Shown here one piece after another: positions 16,593-30,199 of a stretch of 64,000 bases of DNA; positions within the stretch are counted from its first letter, which is position 1; each line of letters opens with the position of its first letter. The stretch lies in the NCBI RefSeq assembly GCF_009914755.1, contig NC_060927.1. One strand, given 5' to 3'. Both the position numbers and the translations under genes were made by a program. Origin of the DNA: the human T2T-CHM13v2.0 reference genome, Homo sapiens. A model generated the notes under the pieces. The model was given only the letters and a program-made list of their open reading frames with translations, did not search any database and was not told where the DNA came from.

Positions 16593-17455
16593 GGTTTCCT
16601 TAAATTATGTTGTTCTAACAAGACTTAATTAATTCAGACTCTGTGAACTTTATATCATACCTCCATTTCCTGAGACTATTTCTTTGTAATAGGGAAGAAG
16701 GAAAAAAAGAAAGAAAGAGAGCATTTATTGACCATCTACTCCTGCTAAGACCTCCTCCTCCCCTTGGCATGACACTGTCTGCTGTAGTCTATAAAACAAG
16801 TTTACAGATCTTTGCTCTTGAAATTTTGTGAACCCCTGGTGATTATGGTAAAACCACATTCCCCTCGCTAGGAAACCAGTGCTTTAGCACTACAAACTAC
16901 CTAGGAGACTGATCCTGGGGAGGAAGGAGGCAGTGATTAGCTAACTATCCTTAACAACAGGGTGACTACAACATTCAATAAGACTTCACCTATCAAGCTC
17001 TCATTCCTGCTTACTGCAGTCATCGACAGAAGTAGTTATCTGTCAGTAGGTGGACTCAGTCTTACCAAGCTTTACACAACCCAAATCTGACCTAAACTCT
17101 TGCATCTGTTTAGCTCTCTCACAACAGCCTTCATCATGTTCTTCTCATACTTGCCTAACTGAAACCTAAATATCTTTTGAGATCAAAAATACCCCTGTAG
17201 TCATTTAAATGGAGGGTACTTTTTTCTCCAATATCCTATTCTTCTCCTGAAAATAGGACCTCAAGGAAAAGAGGGCTTTGTCATGTTCTTCGCTACCACA
17301 CCAGACCATTTCTCCTTCCTCCACCCTCAATAACTCAAGGGTCTTTGAAGCTGGCCACCATATCACACAATTTGCAATTGCTTCTTGTTTGGATTACGTG
17401 ACTAGCCTTCTGGTCATCATTTCTTTCCTTAAAAAATATTTAGAATCTGCTCACT

Positions 17456-17873
<418 letters not shown>

Positions 17874-19239
17874 CTATTGCCATGATGTTCACTACATGGA
17901 TTGTTATCATCAACTCGAACATCTTGATTTTAATTAATCCTGTCTCTGTTCTCACTTTCTATTCTTTAAAGTCATTCACTGTAGCTTCAGAGCTGCTCTA
18001 ATGCTTTGGCCCCAGTGAAACTGCCAATTCATTAATCACCACCTCTTTATTTTCTCTCTTCCTTCTTCTCCTGTTTTTATTTCCTTTTTTAACCTAACTT
18101 AGATGCCACGATTCATCACTATAAGCAATCCCTTGCAAACATCATCAACTCAAACTTGGTTTTTCTCCAACATGTTAAAACCCTACTTGGTAAAACTCGG
18201 CTGTTTTCTTATTCCACTACTATATGTGAGCAGCCTAAGTAGGTGGAAAAAAAACCCACCAAACTTAATAACTGAACCTACTCAAAATTTTGACCATACA
18301 TTTAAAGTGGAACCTCAACACTGACAGCAAGTCTACCACATTTCCTAAATTCATGCTTTCATTTTTTAAGAGGACTCTTTCACACCATTTCCTCTCTTCT
18401 CAAATATTCAGTAAGATCTAACTCACTTTATTATTAAATGATCACTTCAATATTTATGTAGTCGAAAAAATAGAAGAATTCTGAATGGAATAACCCTCAC
18501 TTCTCTTCCCTCAAATCTAGCAACCTGCCTGCACTTGGATCAATATATGCTGCCTTTTCTCCTGCTAAAATTGATGAACTGCCACTGCTCTATCTAAAGA
18601 CAACCCCTGCACATGTGCACTAAAGGCCTTTGCCTTTCACCTACTTATGGATTTCGCTTTGCACTTGTCCACTCTCTCTCCTGCACATCATCAACTTTCT
18701 CCTCTATAGCAGATTTTTATCAGAATATTAACACGTGGCAATATCTTCTATGATGTAAAATTTAAATTGTTCCTCGGCCTGATGTTCAAGTGACTCTCTC
18801 ACTCCTGCCCCATTTCTCTGCTCCTATTTTGAACGAATCACTTCTCAAGAGTTACGTATATTTGCTGCCTAAACTTCATTGTTTGCCATTCTGTCCTTAA
18901 CCCATTCATTTCAATACTTCGTCTGTATCATTTTAGGGAAACCACTCTTGTCAGATAAACAATGATTTCTACCTTGTTTAATTCAACGGTAAATTCTTTG
19001 TGCCTTTCTTATTCTACTTCTCAGAAACATTTGACACAAAAGAAATACTATTTTCACTTGGCTTCCAAGATAACAGATTCCTCTAGTTTAATTTTCTATT
19101 TTGGTGGCAGCTGTTTTTGGTCTTTGCTGGAGTCTCTTCCTGACCCCTAAATTTTGGGATGGTCCAAAACTCAAACCTCTTCCATCTTCTCATGTCTAAT
19201 TGCTCTCTTCCTAGATAATTTTGAACAGATCCATGGTTT

Positions 19240-19485
19240 TAAAAACCAGCCATATACATACTGAAATTCATATGTATTTACTTATAAAATGATACAATGT
19301 GTGAGGTTTGCACCAAAATACTGTGAAAGAGAAGAAAGTGGTGGCAGGTGCTGGTGGGGATGTGGTTGAAACAAGATCAGTAATCAGCTGATAACTGTTA
19401 AAACTAAGTAATGGGAAATTTAGGTTCTTTACATTATTCTGTCTCATATATTTTGAGATTTCCCATAGACATAATTTTTAAATAT
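19240..19485 (+). mobile_element. Old L1 (L1MC/L1ME) 3' end fragment
   Basis: gaaacaagatc...ctgataactgttaaaactaagtaatggg...ttacattattctgtctc...ttttgagatttcccata. Confidence 0.65.
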
Positions 19486-20095
19486 CCTAAATTTTCTTGT
19501 CTAGCCCCAATGCCTTCAAGTCCTAAATACACATATTTGATTTTCTATTAAGCACCTCCCCTTGGATTTCTGAGTCATAAGAATTAGCATGTCCAAAATA
19601 GAACTTTTGATGTCCCTTTGTCTTTAAATCTATCCCTCCCTATGTCTCTCCTCTTAACAATGGCATTCTCATACGCTGTTGGCTTGGGCTCCAGCTTACA
19701 AGCCATTATGGGTTCCCCTTTATTCTGATAAACTACAACCTATCTATCAACAAACCTGGTTGGTTTACCTATTAAGGTAGATGGGATTTGATCACTGCTC
19801 ACCATTTCCAGAGCTATCACCCTCACTCAAGCTGCCATCACTTTTCACCTAAACTACCTTAGAAACCCCCTACCTCATCTTGTTTTGCCCATTCTTGCTT
19901 CAAAGAGTAATGTTCATATGGTAGTGTGGTGATTTTTAACTCACTTTATGCCATTCCCTTGATCACCCCTTTAATGTGCTCTTCCCCATTTCTGAAAACA
20001 GGCAGAGTCTGTGCTATGGACAAGACTCTGTGTGGTTAGTCTTCTGCTTACCTGTCCAGACTCAATTGCTATAAATATTCCTCTTGCTCACCCAC

Positions 20096-20471
20096 TGATA
20101 TGGTTTGACTATGTCCCCACCCAAATCTCATCTTGAATTCTAGTTCCTATAATCCCCACGTGTTGTGGGAAGAACCCAGTGGGAGGTAATTTAATCATGG
20201 GGGCGGTTACCCTCATGCTGTTCTCATGATAGCAAGTGAGTTCTCATGAGATCTGATGATTTTTTAAGGGCCGTTTCCCCCTTTTTGCTCAGCACTTCTC
20301 CTTGCTGCTACCATGTAAAGAAGGATGTGTTTGCTTCCCCTTCGGCCATGATTATAGGTTCCTGAGGCCTCCACAGCCATGCTGAATCATGAGTCAATTA
20401 AACTTCCTTCCTTTATAAATTACCCAGTCTCATGTATGTCTTTATTAGCAGTGTGAGAACAGACTAATACA
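20096..20471 (+). mobile_element. THE1 (C/D-like) solo LTR, ERVL-MaLR
   Basis: tgatatggtttgactatgtccccacccaaatctcatcttgaatt ... gtgagaacagactaataca; TG..CA ends; 5-bp TSD cccac/ctcac. Confidence 0.95.
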
Positions 20472-23400
20472 CTCACTCTTGCTAAAATGGCCCCTATTTT
20501 CCTCAAACATGCCAGGCTTACTCTCACCTCAAGGTATTTTTGTAGTATTTTTCTTGTCAACATATTCTTTCCCCAGACCTTTACATGGCTTATCCCCTTA
20601 TTTCCTCCTGTTTCTGTGTTAGCTCATTAAGAGGCCTTGTCTGATAAGCCTATCATCTGTCAAAATCCTTTCTCCTGCTTTTTCTTCCTGGCAATGATTA
20701 TTACTTAAAATTATATTTTATCTGTATTTATTTACTTGTTAATTTTCTCTTTCTCCAATGATGATGTCATTTCCATGAGGGACATCTTTTACTATTATAT
20801 CTCCAGGGTCTAGAGGCTGATAGATATAAATAGGCAAAAAGCATGGAGATGAAGTAAATGAATCCTGGACTCTGCCATGTGTTTTCACTTAAACATGGTA
20901 TGAATGCATGTGTGAAGGCAGAAAGCTGCTCCTATGAAAATGAGTTGTTTCTTTGTATAATATCTTCCCTAATGGAGTTTTAAGCCAATTAAATTCAGCA
21001 GGGACTAAACACCTCCACAAAGAAAGCCCAGAACTCCTGTGAGATATTTGGCTGGAAGTTGAGCTGTGAGTTCCTCAGGGGAAGTCATCCTGGGCTTACT
21101 AGTCCACTGCTGCTCCTCTGACAATTCTCTTTACCTACAAAGCACTCAATCTCTTAATTCACAAATTACAAAGCATGCAGATCGCCACAAGGGAGGTCAG
21201 TCAACCAACAGACTACATTTTTAGTAATTCAGTATTAATGAACCTTTTACTTTGAGTGGTGTTTTAAGAGTAGAAATCTCTACTTCTCTGTACAGGCTCT
21301 TTCTATAAATTCCTTGCAACCCCAGGCAATTTTTGGACACCGGATTTAATCAATCCTCAGACTTCTCTTTTTAAGCAAGGGCATAGAAAAGTTCACTCAC
21401 AGTTTGACTCTCCCAGTTTGTAAGTTCTCTTACCTAATTCTGAGCTTCTTTTGCCCCAGTCTTCCTGACTATAAAAGTGGAAACTTATTTCTAACTCTCT
21501 TTTTATTAGGTGGCTTTTACCCTAGTTCATGGGTCAGCATGACATATGTTTAGGCCAAGAGGAAATTCTTAGCACAACATGAGGGCCTCATGCACTTGAA
21601 ATGGTGTACTCATTTTCAGTGAACATCAGGAAGATCTGTGTTCTCAATGTGTGCTAGAATACTTTCATTGGGGTTCTTAGCCACTGACCCTTAGTATGAG
21701 TGTAATTCATCTATGAAAAATTGAAACAAGGAAAAATACACTTTCATTCCTACTACATAACAAGAAAAGGATTTTAAAGCAAATTTTCTATGGCAGTATC
21801 ATAATCCAATGAATTTATTTGCACAACTTTTCTTCTCCCTTTTTCTTTCACTTCCACCTGCCTGAATTGTACCTGTGCTTATCTGATACATCAGTGAAGT
21901 AGTTTATGAAGCCCAACCATCTGTACCTTTTTCTTTCTTAAATGCATGAAACCATAATCCATATACATAAATTCATAATCCATGTGCACTTCTTATAACT
22001 GTATTAAGACAGTGAATTTTCCAGTGCAATTAAACTATGAGCTAAAGAGATGATTGCAATTTCAGACTGTATCATAAATACTCAGGCTCTTAGAGCGATA
22101 CACCTGGTGAGGAATTGGGACTGATTTGTATTTTGAAACACCTTAAAATAAATCTAAAATAAGCATAAAGTCACAAACCCTTTCTTCGTAGTAAAACTCC
22201 ACTATCCCAAGTCAGCAGTGTGGAAGAGTTTTGATATATTTAAAAATATTCCTTGCTCTCTGAACTTCCTATCTAAAACAAAGAAACAGAATAAAGTCAT
22301 ATACATTTGTATCCCTGAGCTTGCTATTTTAATTCTCATTATTTAAATTCAGGAACTGATAGATTTATTTAGTGAAAGATAGTTGCATTTTAAAACTGTG
22401 GTTTTTGTCACTTTTTAAAATGATCTTGAATTTGGGGAGTAAGGTAGTAAGAACTATTTATTTTTTATAGAATGCATAGTAAGTACTAAACGCAAAGTTC
22501 TACAGAGAGTAGCAAAGTCATTTAGGGTATTGCTGACCCTGATAATTAAATCGTTCTATGCATTCATAACCAGTGTTTCAAGACACTTGGCAAGTTTGTT
22601 ATGATGATTACACACAGACAGCCCTGATCATTCAGTCATCAGAGATCACTGTGAAGGATACAGTGGAGCATATTGTTCTCATCCCCCAGGACTGTATTAG
22701 AGTCCCTCTGAAAGTGAACTGAAATTGATTGGGTCAGTTTAATAACACTTGAATTTCACAACAGAAAAGAGCACTGAGTATTATAGTTCGATAGCAATTA
22801 AACTATCTCAAATGGTCATAGGGTTCCTCTATTTATTCCTAAGATTTTTCCATCACAGTCTTAGTACTTATAAAAGAGGTCAAGGTGAATAGAAAATGCC
22901 TCGAAACTAGAAGCTATGATATTTTTATAGGGCTTACTACAGTGTCTTTCAGAGACCAGATAGTCAAATACTTACTAACAATGAATTGATTTATAAAGGT
23001 TTATTTTGATTTTTTTCTGCACCATGAGGTAGGAAAACTCACATTTAAGGAAGAAGCAAGCTGGCATGAATATCGGCTTAGAAGAGAACTTGTATCTTTG
23101 CAGCAGAAAGATACAAGAAACTCAGAAGTATGGACCACAAAGAGTGGTGTTAGTCTGAACTGTCAAAGGTCTGCCTGTCATTGATATGTGGATATTTAGG
23201 CACTTCCAGGCTTAAAACTACAACACGCAGACATTAATTTCTTCTTCAGGATTATTTTAGCCAGAAATTTGTGTTGGGAGATTTTAGAATATAAAATAAA
23301 CAGTTTCTCAAAGGCTCAAAAATTGGGAATCTGCCAGAAGTTCTTGGGGTTGTAATTTGCCAAGAGCTCAAATTTAGGAATTTTAGATAATTTGCCAATA

Positions 23401-23559
23401 AGATGGTAGGTATGAAACCATGTTAGTCAAATGGATCAATTTATTTTAAGGTGGATGAGTATCCAGGTACAGAGATTAGAACTCTATGACATGAGAAAAA
23501 AGGAATTGTAAGCATCTAGAACAGGGTGTACTTGATGCAGTTATTTTAATTTATATGTA

Positions 23560-24470
23560 TTTTTATGAAGGTGTAATTTATGTATAACATACTGATATTA
23601 AGTGGACGATCTGATGAGTTTTTTTTTTTTTGTTTTTTTTTTTTTTTTTTTTTTTTACAAATGCAGATACTCATTTAATGCATGGCTTCTCAAAATGTGG
23701 AACATTTCCATTCCACAAAAGGTTTCCTCATGCCAATACTTAGTCAATTCTACTTCTAGCCCAACGACAACCACTGTTCTGCTTTTCCACCACTGTGGGT
23801 TAGTTTTCCTGTTCTAGAACCTTATACAGGTAAAATCCAATGGTATATGCTCTTTGGTGCCTGGCTTCTTTTGCTCAAAATAATGTTTTTGACATTTTCT
23901 TATGTTGTTGTTTGTTCCTTCTTACTCCTGAGTAGTTTTCCATTGTAGGAATATACTAAAATGTTTACTCATTCTCTGGCTTATAAACATTTGGGTGTTT
24001 TCTGTTTAGGGCAATTATAAATAAAGCTGCTATAAACATTCTTGATCAAGATTAATATATTTTCTTTTTGGGGGGAATGAAATTGCTTGGATATAGGGCA
24101 TACAAATGTTTAACTTTATAAGAAAAGTTACCTCCAAATTTTCTAAAATTAATAGTGCCATTGTGCACTCTTTACCTGCAATAACTGAGAGTTCTGGATG
24201 CTCCACATTCTCAATTTTTAACGTTTTTTTTCAGTCTAGTAAGTGTAAAATGATATGTCACGGATTTAACATTAATTTTTCTGATCACAAATGATGACAA
24301 TTGCTTCTTTATGAATATTAGCCATTCATTTGCCTTTCTTTATGTAGGACTATTCAAATCTTTTGCTCACTAGTTTTATTTGGTTGTTTATATATATACT
24401 ATACCATTGCCAGAATTCATTAAATATTTCTGATACTAGTTTTTTGTTAGACATATATATGCAAATATAT
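23560..24470 (-). mobile_element. Old L1 (L1ME-like) 3' part, left segment
   Basis: acaaccactgttctgc, gttttcctgttctagaac, cctggcttcttttgctcaa, ataaagctgctataaacatt; contains a poly-T at 23619-23656. Confidence 0.85.
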
Positions 24471-25209
24471 ATATGGTTCTGGCCCTGAATGGTACCCTGC
24501 ACAAGGAGGATCAATGGGAGCTGAAATTCCCTGTGTGCTCTGGCTTATTAATGATAAAGACCTTTTTATGATTATATCATCTTGGGGACACATGAGGGAA
24601 GAAAGTTGCAACTGCAATGCGAAAGGATCCCCTTTGTCCATACACAGGAGGCACTCTAGAATTTATGGAGAGGAAATACTTTAAGGTTCACCCAGAGATG
24701 ATATCTTTGCTAATTTTCAAAAAGCTGCTTTTCAGGTTAGCATAGGCTCTGCACCGCTCCCTAACCATTCCTGAACCTGCAGCGTTCCATCACTCGTACC
24801 TCTAACGGTAACACAATTCTTCAGTTTAAAACTGTGTAGATACAGTGTGGTCCCTGCCTCTGTTTCATCATTCAAGGTTTGATTTTTTCTTTTCTTATGA
24901 CTATTTGTTGTTGTATTATCTTCCTTTGTAAAACAGACATGACATTCAGGACAGTCTGTTCTCTAACTAATGACTTTCATAATTCTATCTGATTACAATA
25001 TCACAAATATTGAAATGCCTTTGTAATATCCTATAATGTCATTAAATTTTTGATCTGAACAATAAAGGTGTATTGGGACACCCAAGGACATTCTACTGCA
25101 CTTTTAGAGGACCAACTTTTTCCTTCTCTACACCTCTCAATCTTCTCACTTTCTTGGTTCCAGGTTCTATCTTGCCATCCTCTCCATGCTTTAAGCCATC
25201 AGCCATAAC

Positions 25210-25299
25210 AAATTTATATATATATAAATTTATATATATATAAATTTATACATATATAAATTTATATATATATATAAATTTATATATATATATATATAT
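25210..25299. repeat. AT-only self-complementary tandem repeat [AAATTT(AT)n], about 5 units of ~16 bp
   Basis: aaatttatatatatat repeated, with one C interruption. Confidence 0.95.
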
Positions 25300-25417
25300 G
25301 GATGCAGAATTCAATTGGCTAGATTGGCAAGGAACTTATAAGACTTTCAAGAGTCTGGTTAAATGTCTGTTTATTTCTACAGGGACTCTAGTAAACTTTC
25401 CATTCACACATCTTTGG

Positions 25418-25469
25418 ACCTCGGCTTCCCAAAGTGCTGGGATTACAGGTGTGAGCCACTGCGCAAGCC
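25418..25469 (-). mobile_element. Alu remnant (only the 5'-most ~52 nt)
   Basis: acctcggcttcccaaagtgctgggattacaggtgtgagccactgcgcaagcc; rest of the Alu absent. Confidence 0.9.
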
Positions 25470-25470
25470 C

Positions 25471-25730
25471 AAATTATCCAATTTTTTTATAGTTAGTGTT
25501 TCTCTGTCCTATATAAAACATCACTGCTTATCCCAAGGTCTTACAATATTCTCTTATGTTTTCTTCTAAGAAGCTTTATACTTTTGGCTTTTATGTTTAG
25601 GTCTGTGATTTTTCTTGAATTATTTTTTATGTGTAGTAAACTAGGGGTGGTTTTTTTTTTTTTTTCACATATAGATATCCTTTTGTTCCAGGATCACTTT
25701 ATTGAAAATAATTTTTTCCTCATTGCTAAA
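25471..25730 (-). mobile_element. Old L1 (L1ME-like), continuation of 23560-24470
   Basis: cccaaggtc...atattctcttatgttttcttctaagaagctttatacttttggc...ttaggtctgtgat, collinear with the left segment. Confidence 0.8.
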
Positions 25731-25735
25731 ATATT

Positions 25736-26086
25736 TGTCCTAGTTAGGTAGGGCTGCTATCACAACATACCTTACACTTGGTAATTTATAAATAACAGAA
25801 ATTTATTTCTCACAGTTCTAGAGGCTGGGAAGTCCAAGATTAAGGTGCCAGAAGATTCAATGTCTGGTGAGGGCTGCTCTCTGCTTCCAAGATGGTGCCT
25901 TGTTGCTGTGTCCTCACATAGAAGGAACAAAAGGGGTCAAACAGGTTCTTTCAAGTCCTTTCATAAGGCCACTCACTAATCCCATTCATGAAGGTATTGT
26001 CCTCATGACCTAATCACCCCCTAAAGGCATCGGAGATTTAGTTTCAAAATGAATTTTGGAGGGACACAAATATTCAAAGCCTACCA
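25736..26086 (-). mobile_element. MLT1A/MST-type MaLR solo LTR
   Basis: agaaatttatttctcacagttctagaggctgggaagtccaagattaaggtgcca...gaattttggagggacacaaatattcaaa. Confidence 0.9.
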
Positions 26087-26329
26087 TATTTAATTGTAAA
26101 ATTAATTAACTTTTCCTACTTTTAACCATGTAAGAAAGGCCATTCAAAATGAAATTCTTCTAGGTAGACATCATTCCATCCCCGATAGACACAATAAGCA
26201 TTGGAGAACCAATTGTCTTTTGAGACATTTGCTTAAATAGGCTAAGATTTACTTAGAATATTCCTCTCTTCTATTAACCAATCAATTAATGCCAGACTCA
26301 TGCCACCTGGCCCTGAATGGTTCTAGAAT

Positions 26330-26800
26330 CTGGAGAATGGCTGGTTGCTATATGATTGAAATAAAGAGTGGTAGTAGATATAGTCTGATGAGGAGCTGCA
26401 GAGCAGCTAAAAATTTTGAAAACAGGAGGGAAGAAAAATCGTCTAAAAGAAGCCATGAGGAGCAAGTGCCTCAACTCAACTTCAAGGACCTGTTCTATGG
26501 GAGCCGGGAGAAAAAAGCAGTCACCAGTTAGGAGAGATATGACAGTATCTGGATCCTCAAGTGACGGTCAGGTTTTCATTAAAGTGGGAAGGTGGAAGGG
26601 GAGTTCAGAAATAGCAGACATTTTAATGATGACAGAGGAAGAGATCAGGAGAAATAGCATGACCGTGTGTGAGTGAATGAGAAGTTGAGTCAGCTAAGCA
26701 GATGGGCAGATCAATTCATACGAGGAGATGCATGAGTAGACAGTGAGAACTTTTAGTGGTGATGAGGATAGGTGGCATGGTATTGTCCATTCTGTTGGTT
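26330..26800 (-). mobile_element. L2-like fragment
   Basis: Purine-rich degenerate blocks (ggatcctcaagtga, agatgcatgag, gtggtgatgaggatagg) typical of antisense L2. Confidence 0.4.
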
Positions 26801-26872
26801 TCTTGGGAAAAGGTAGGTGTTAAATATATGGACACACAAACACACACAATGGAACTGTTTTATTTAAACTAA

Positions 26873-27192
<320 letters not shown>

Positions 27193-28639
27193 ACTATTTA
27201 GTCTTTTATAAGCTGTGGAGAATCCATAAAATGCTAAAATGTGTTAATGTATTTATTTGCTTTTTTTGTCTCATCATTTATTTTCATCATAGAAAAAATA
27301 AGGTAGTAAAAAAGGAGATGGCTGGAATGAAAGTGTTTGTGCATCTAATTTGGAAACCTAGAGATACAGCTGCAAGAGGGGCTGTCAAAATTGCTTAAGC
27401 TTTTTTCCAAAGATGGTGATACATCTTTCTTGGATAGTCACATCCATGAGAATGAAAGAAATGATGAACATGTTAACAACAACATAATAGGAATACTTCA
27501 TTTTCAAGAGAAGAAAGCATCACAAAAACTAAAACACAGTGCTTCTCATTTCCTCTAGGGATTCCTGTTATATAATTTCCATTTTAAATGAAGCAAAAAT
27601 ACTTCCAATAACCAGAGAAACACTTAAAAATTAAGAAACACTTGTTCTAGTTAATGTGTCTGAATAGTTCCAAGAAAAAAGTCTCCCCCAGGAGGTCATT
27701 ATTATTCAAAAATTACTCTAATTAGGTCATGAATACATTAGGCCCTATTCAGCACCAACAAGAGAAAAAATAGAATTGGAAATGTGACACACATAACACT
27801 CCCAACGTGTTAGGGTGATTTTATTCCAAAATGCCATTAAAAGATGAAAAGGTCACCCTGTAGGGAAGCAATTGGTATAGCACTCTTGTAACTGATTAAA
27901 GGGGCTTTTATTTAGGCATTTTTTTTCTTTTTTTCTTTCAAAAGGGGTCTTTCTAGATAGAAAGAAAATATATATGTCTCTGTGTGTATAATCTGATTGC
28001 ATAGATGTTTGGCTGTTTTAAAACAGTAACACAGAAAAAGGGAAAAACAAGAGCTCTTGAGATAAGAAAATAGACACAATTGTAGACTGAGTATACAAAT
28101 TGCACAGAGAATCTTAAGAAAACATAAAAAGGCATAGATATTTCCTTGTGTTTGTTTTTCATTTAATTACTCCATCTCTGTGGTTTCTTAGAATATCTGC
28201 TACATAGACAAGTTCCATATTTAATTAGAAAGGAGTATAAAATTTTAATGAATTGGTAATGCCCAAAGAAAGAGGCTAGAAAGTTGAAAGTCTTTATTTT
28301 TTTAAAAGAAACTTAAGAAAATCTGATAATGATCCCCCCCGATTTGTTTGATAGTTGGATTTGTGAATTTCCAGCAAGCCATATTATACTACATACAACT
28401 AAACAAAGGAAAACATCCCCAGGGCTTACACATGCACCTGTACCTTGTTAAAACCATATAAAAGAGGGACATTGATTGATCACTTGTAGCATGATTTCTG
28501 TTTTTTTCTATATAATCTCATTGCGAATGCAATTTTTTATAATCATAGCTTGCAACATTCATAATCAAAATTGCTTTCTTTAAAACCTGCCAAAGTACTT
28601 ATCATACGCACAAGATTTCCACCTCAAAGATACGGTTCC

Positions 28640-29030
28640 TGTCTTAGTTCATTTGTGCAGCTGTAACAAAATACCTATGACTGGGTAATTTACAAAAAAC
28701 AGAAATTTATTTCTCACAGTTCTGGAGGCTGGGAAGTCCCACATCAACGCCCCAGCATCCACTGTCTGTTGAAGGTCTCCTTGCTGGTCCTCACATGGTG
28801 GAAGGCAGAAGGGCCAAAGTGAGGACAAACTCTGTGTCCTCACATGGCAGAAGAGCAGAAGAGGACAAACTCACGTTCACAAGCCCCTTTTCTAAAGGCA
28901 TGAATCCATTTATGAGAGTGGACCCTCATGATCTAAAACAACTCCCAAAAGGCCACATCTTCCAATACTGTTGCATTGGGGATTAAGTTTCCAACTCATG
29001 AATTTTGGGCGACACATTCAGACTATAACA
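28640..29030 (-). mobile_element. MST/MLT1A-type MaLR solo LTR (MSTD-like)
   Basis: tgtcttagttcattt...tttatttctcacagttctggaggctgggaagtcc...ggggattaagtttccaac...acacattcagactataaca. Confidence 0.9.
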
Positions 29031-29244
29031 ATGCCTAGATATGAGACACTAAAAACTCAATGTTTTTTCTGTATTCTTTACTTACAAATATTTTATGTCT
29101 TAGTGTCCTTTAAGAATTCTAAGAGTTTTATAGAAGATTAAGTATACCAAATGTCTAATTGATTTTATTCTTTCTTCTGATAATGCTTAATTCATGTTTT
29201 CTCACTCCTTTATCCAGCCACTAATTCATTCAACAATATATACT

Positions 29245-29655
29245 TTTAATTGTAACTTTTTATTGTGACACAATATCAGAGTTATAAATGAGTTGCAAAA
29301 TTTCTCATACTACTACCACTCAGATTCCCATTTGTGTGTGCATGCATGTGTGTGCATGTGTGTACACACTTGTATTTATATGTGTATGTATATGTATTAT
29401 GTATACCCATATATAGGTGTACACGCACACAAACGTGCGTATGTATATTCTAAACCATTTAAAAGTAAGTTGCAGGCATGTGTTTTACCCATAAATACTT
29501 CGGCATGAATTTCCTAAAAACAAGAATATTCTTCTACATAATCACAGTATAACTATCAAAATCAGGAAAGCAACATTACTACAATAACATTATCTAATTT
29601 ATAGACCTTATTTACATTTTGCCAATTGTTCAGTAGCTACCTTTCAAAAACCTAG
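29245..29655 (-). mobile_element. L1MC4/5-like 3' end with internal TG/TA low-complexity tract
   Basis: aaccatttaaaagtaagttgcaggcatg...taaatacttcggcatgaatttcctaaaaacaag...acataatcacagtata. Confidence 0.8.
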
Positions 29656-29819
29656 GATTTTATTGTACATTGCATAAAAGAATAAACTACTTATGAGAAA
29701 GTGAAAAGTACCAGAGAGTTTGCTTACGAGAATACATTTTGTTTTAGTAGATAACATAGTCAGTACCTTTTAATTCAATAAATAGGTATTGTGTGTAGAC
29801 TTTTTATATAGAAAAAGTA

Positions 29820-30050
29820 ATAATAACTCCCATTTGTTGAGTGCTTTCAATGGGTTAGACACTTATAGTAATGTGAACTCTCTAATTTGCATCTCACAAC
29901 AATCTTAAAAGGTAGATATTATTTTATAGAGGAAGAAACAAGGGCTAATAGTAATTAAGCAGCTTGTTTGGTTACAGAGCAAGTGAACTGCAGACCTGGA
30001 ATTATCTTCCAAATCCATATTCTGAAACTTTATTCTTTTATTCATCATGC
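29820..30050 (-). mobile_element. MIR
   Basis: catttgttgagtgctt...tctcacaacaatctt...ttttatagaggaagaaac. Confidence 0.7.
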
Positions 30051-30199
30051 CATATTCCTCATAGAGTGAAACAACAGACACTGATGATGGATGTCCTATT
30101 GTCCTGGAACTTATAATCTTCCTAAAGGAAATATACAAAACATATAAACTCAGAACATTATGAGTAAGAAGTTTCTCTTCATTTAAAGTTGTTACTCAA

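Noticed and set aside
22597-22716. Possible C/D snoRNA (ATGATGA ... CTGA)
   Set aside because: No terminal stem and no recognisable rRNA/snRNA guide; these short motifs are common
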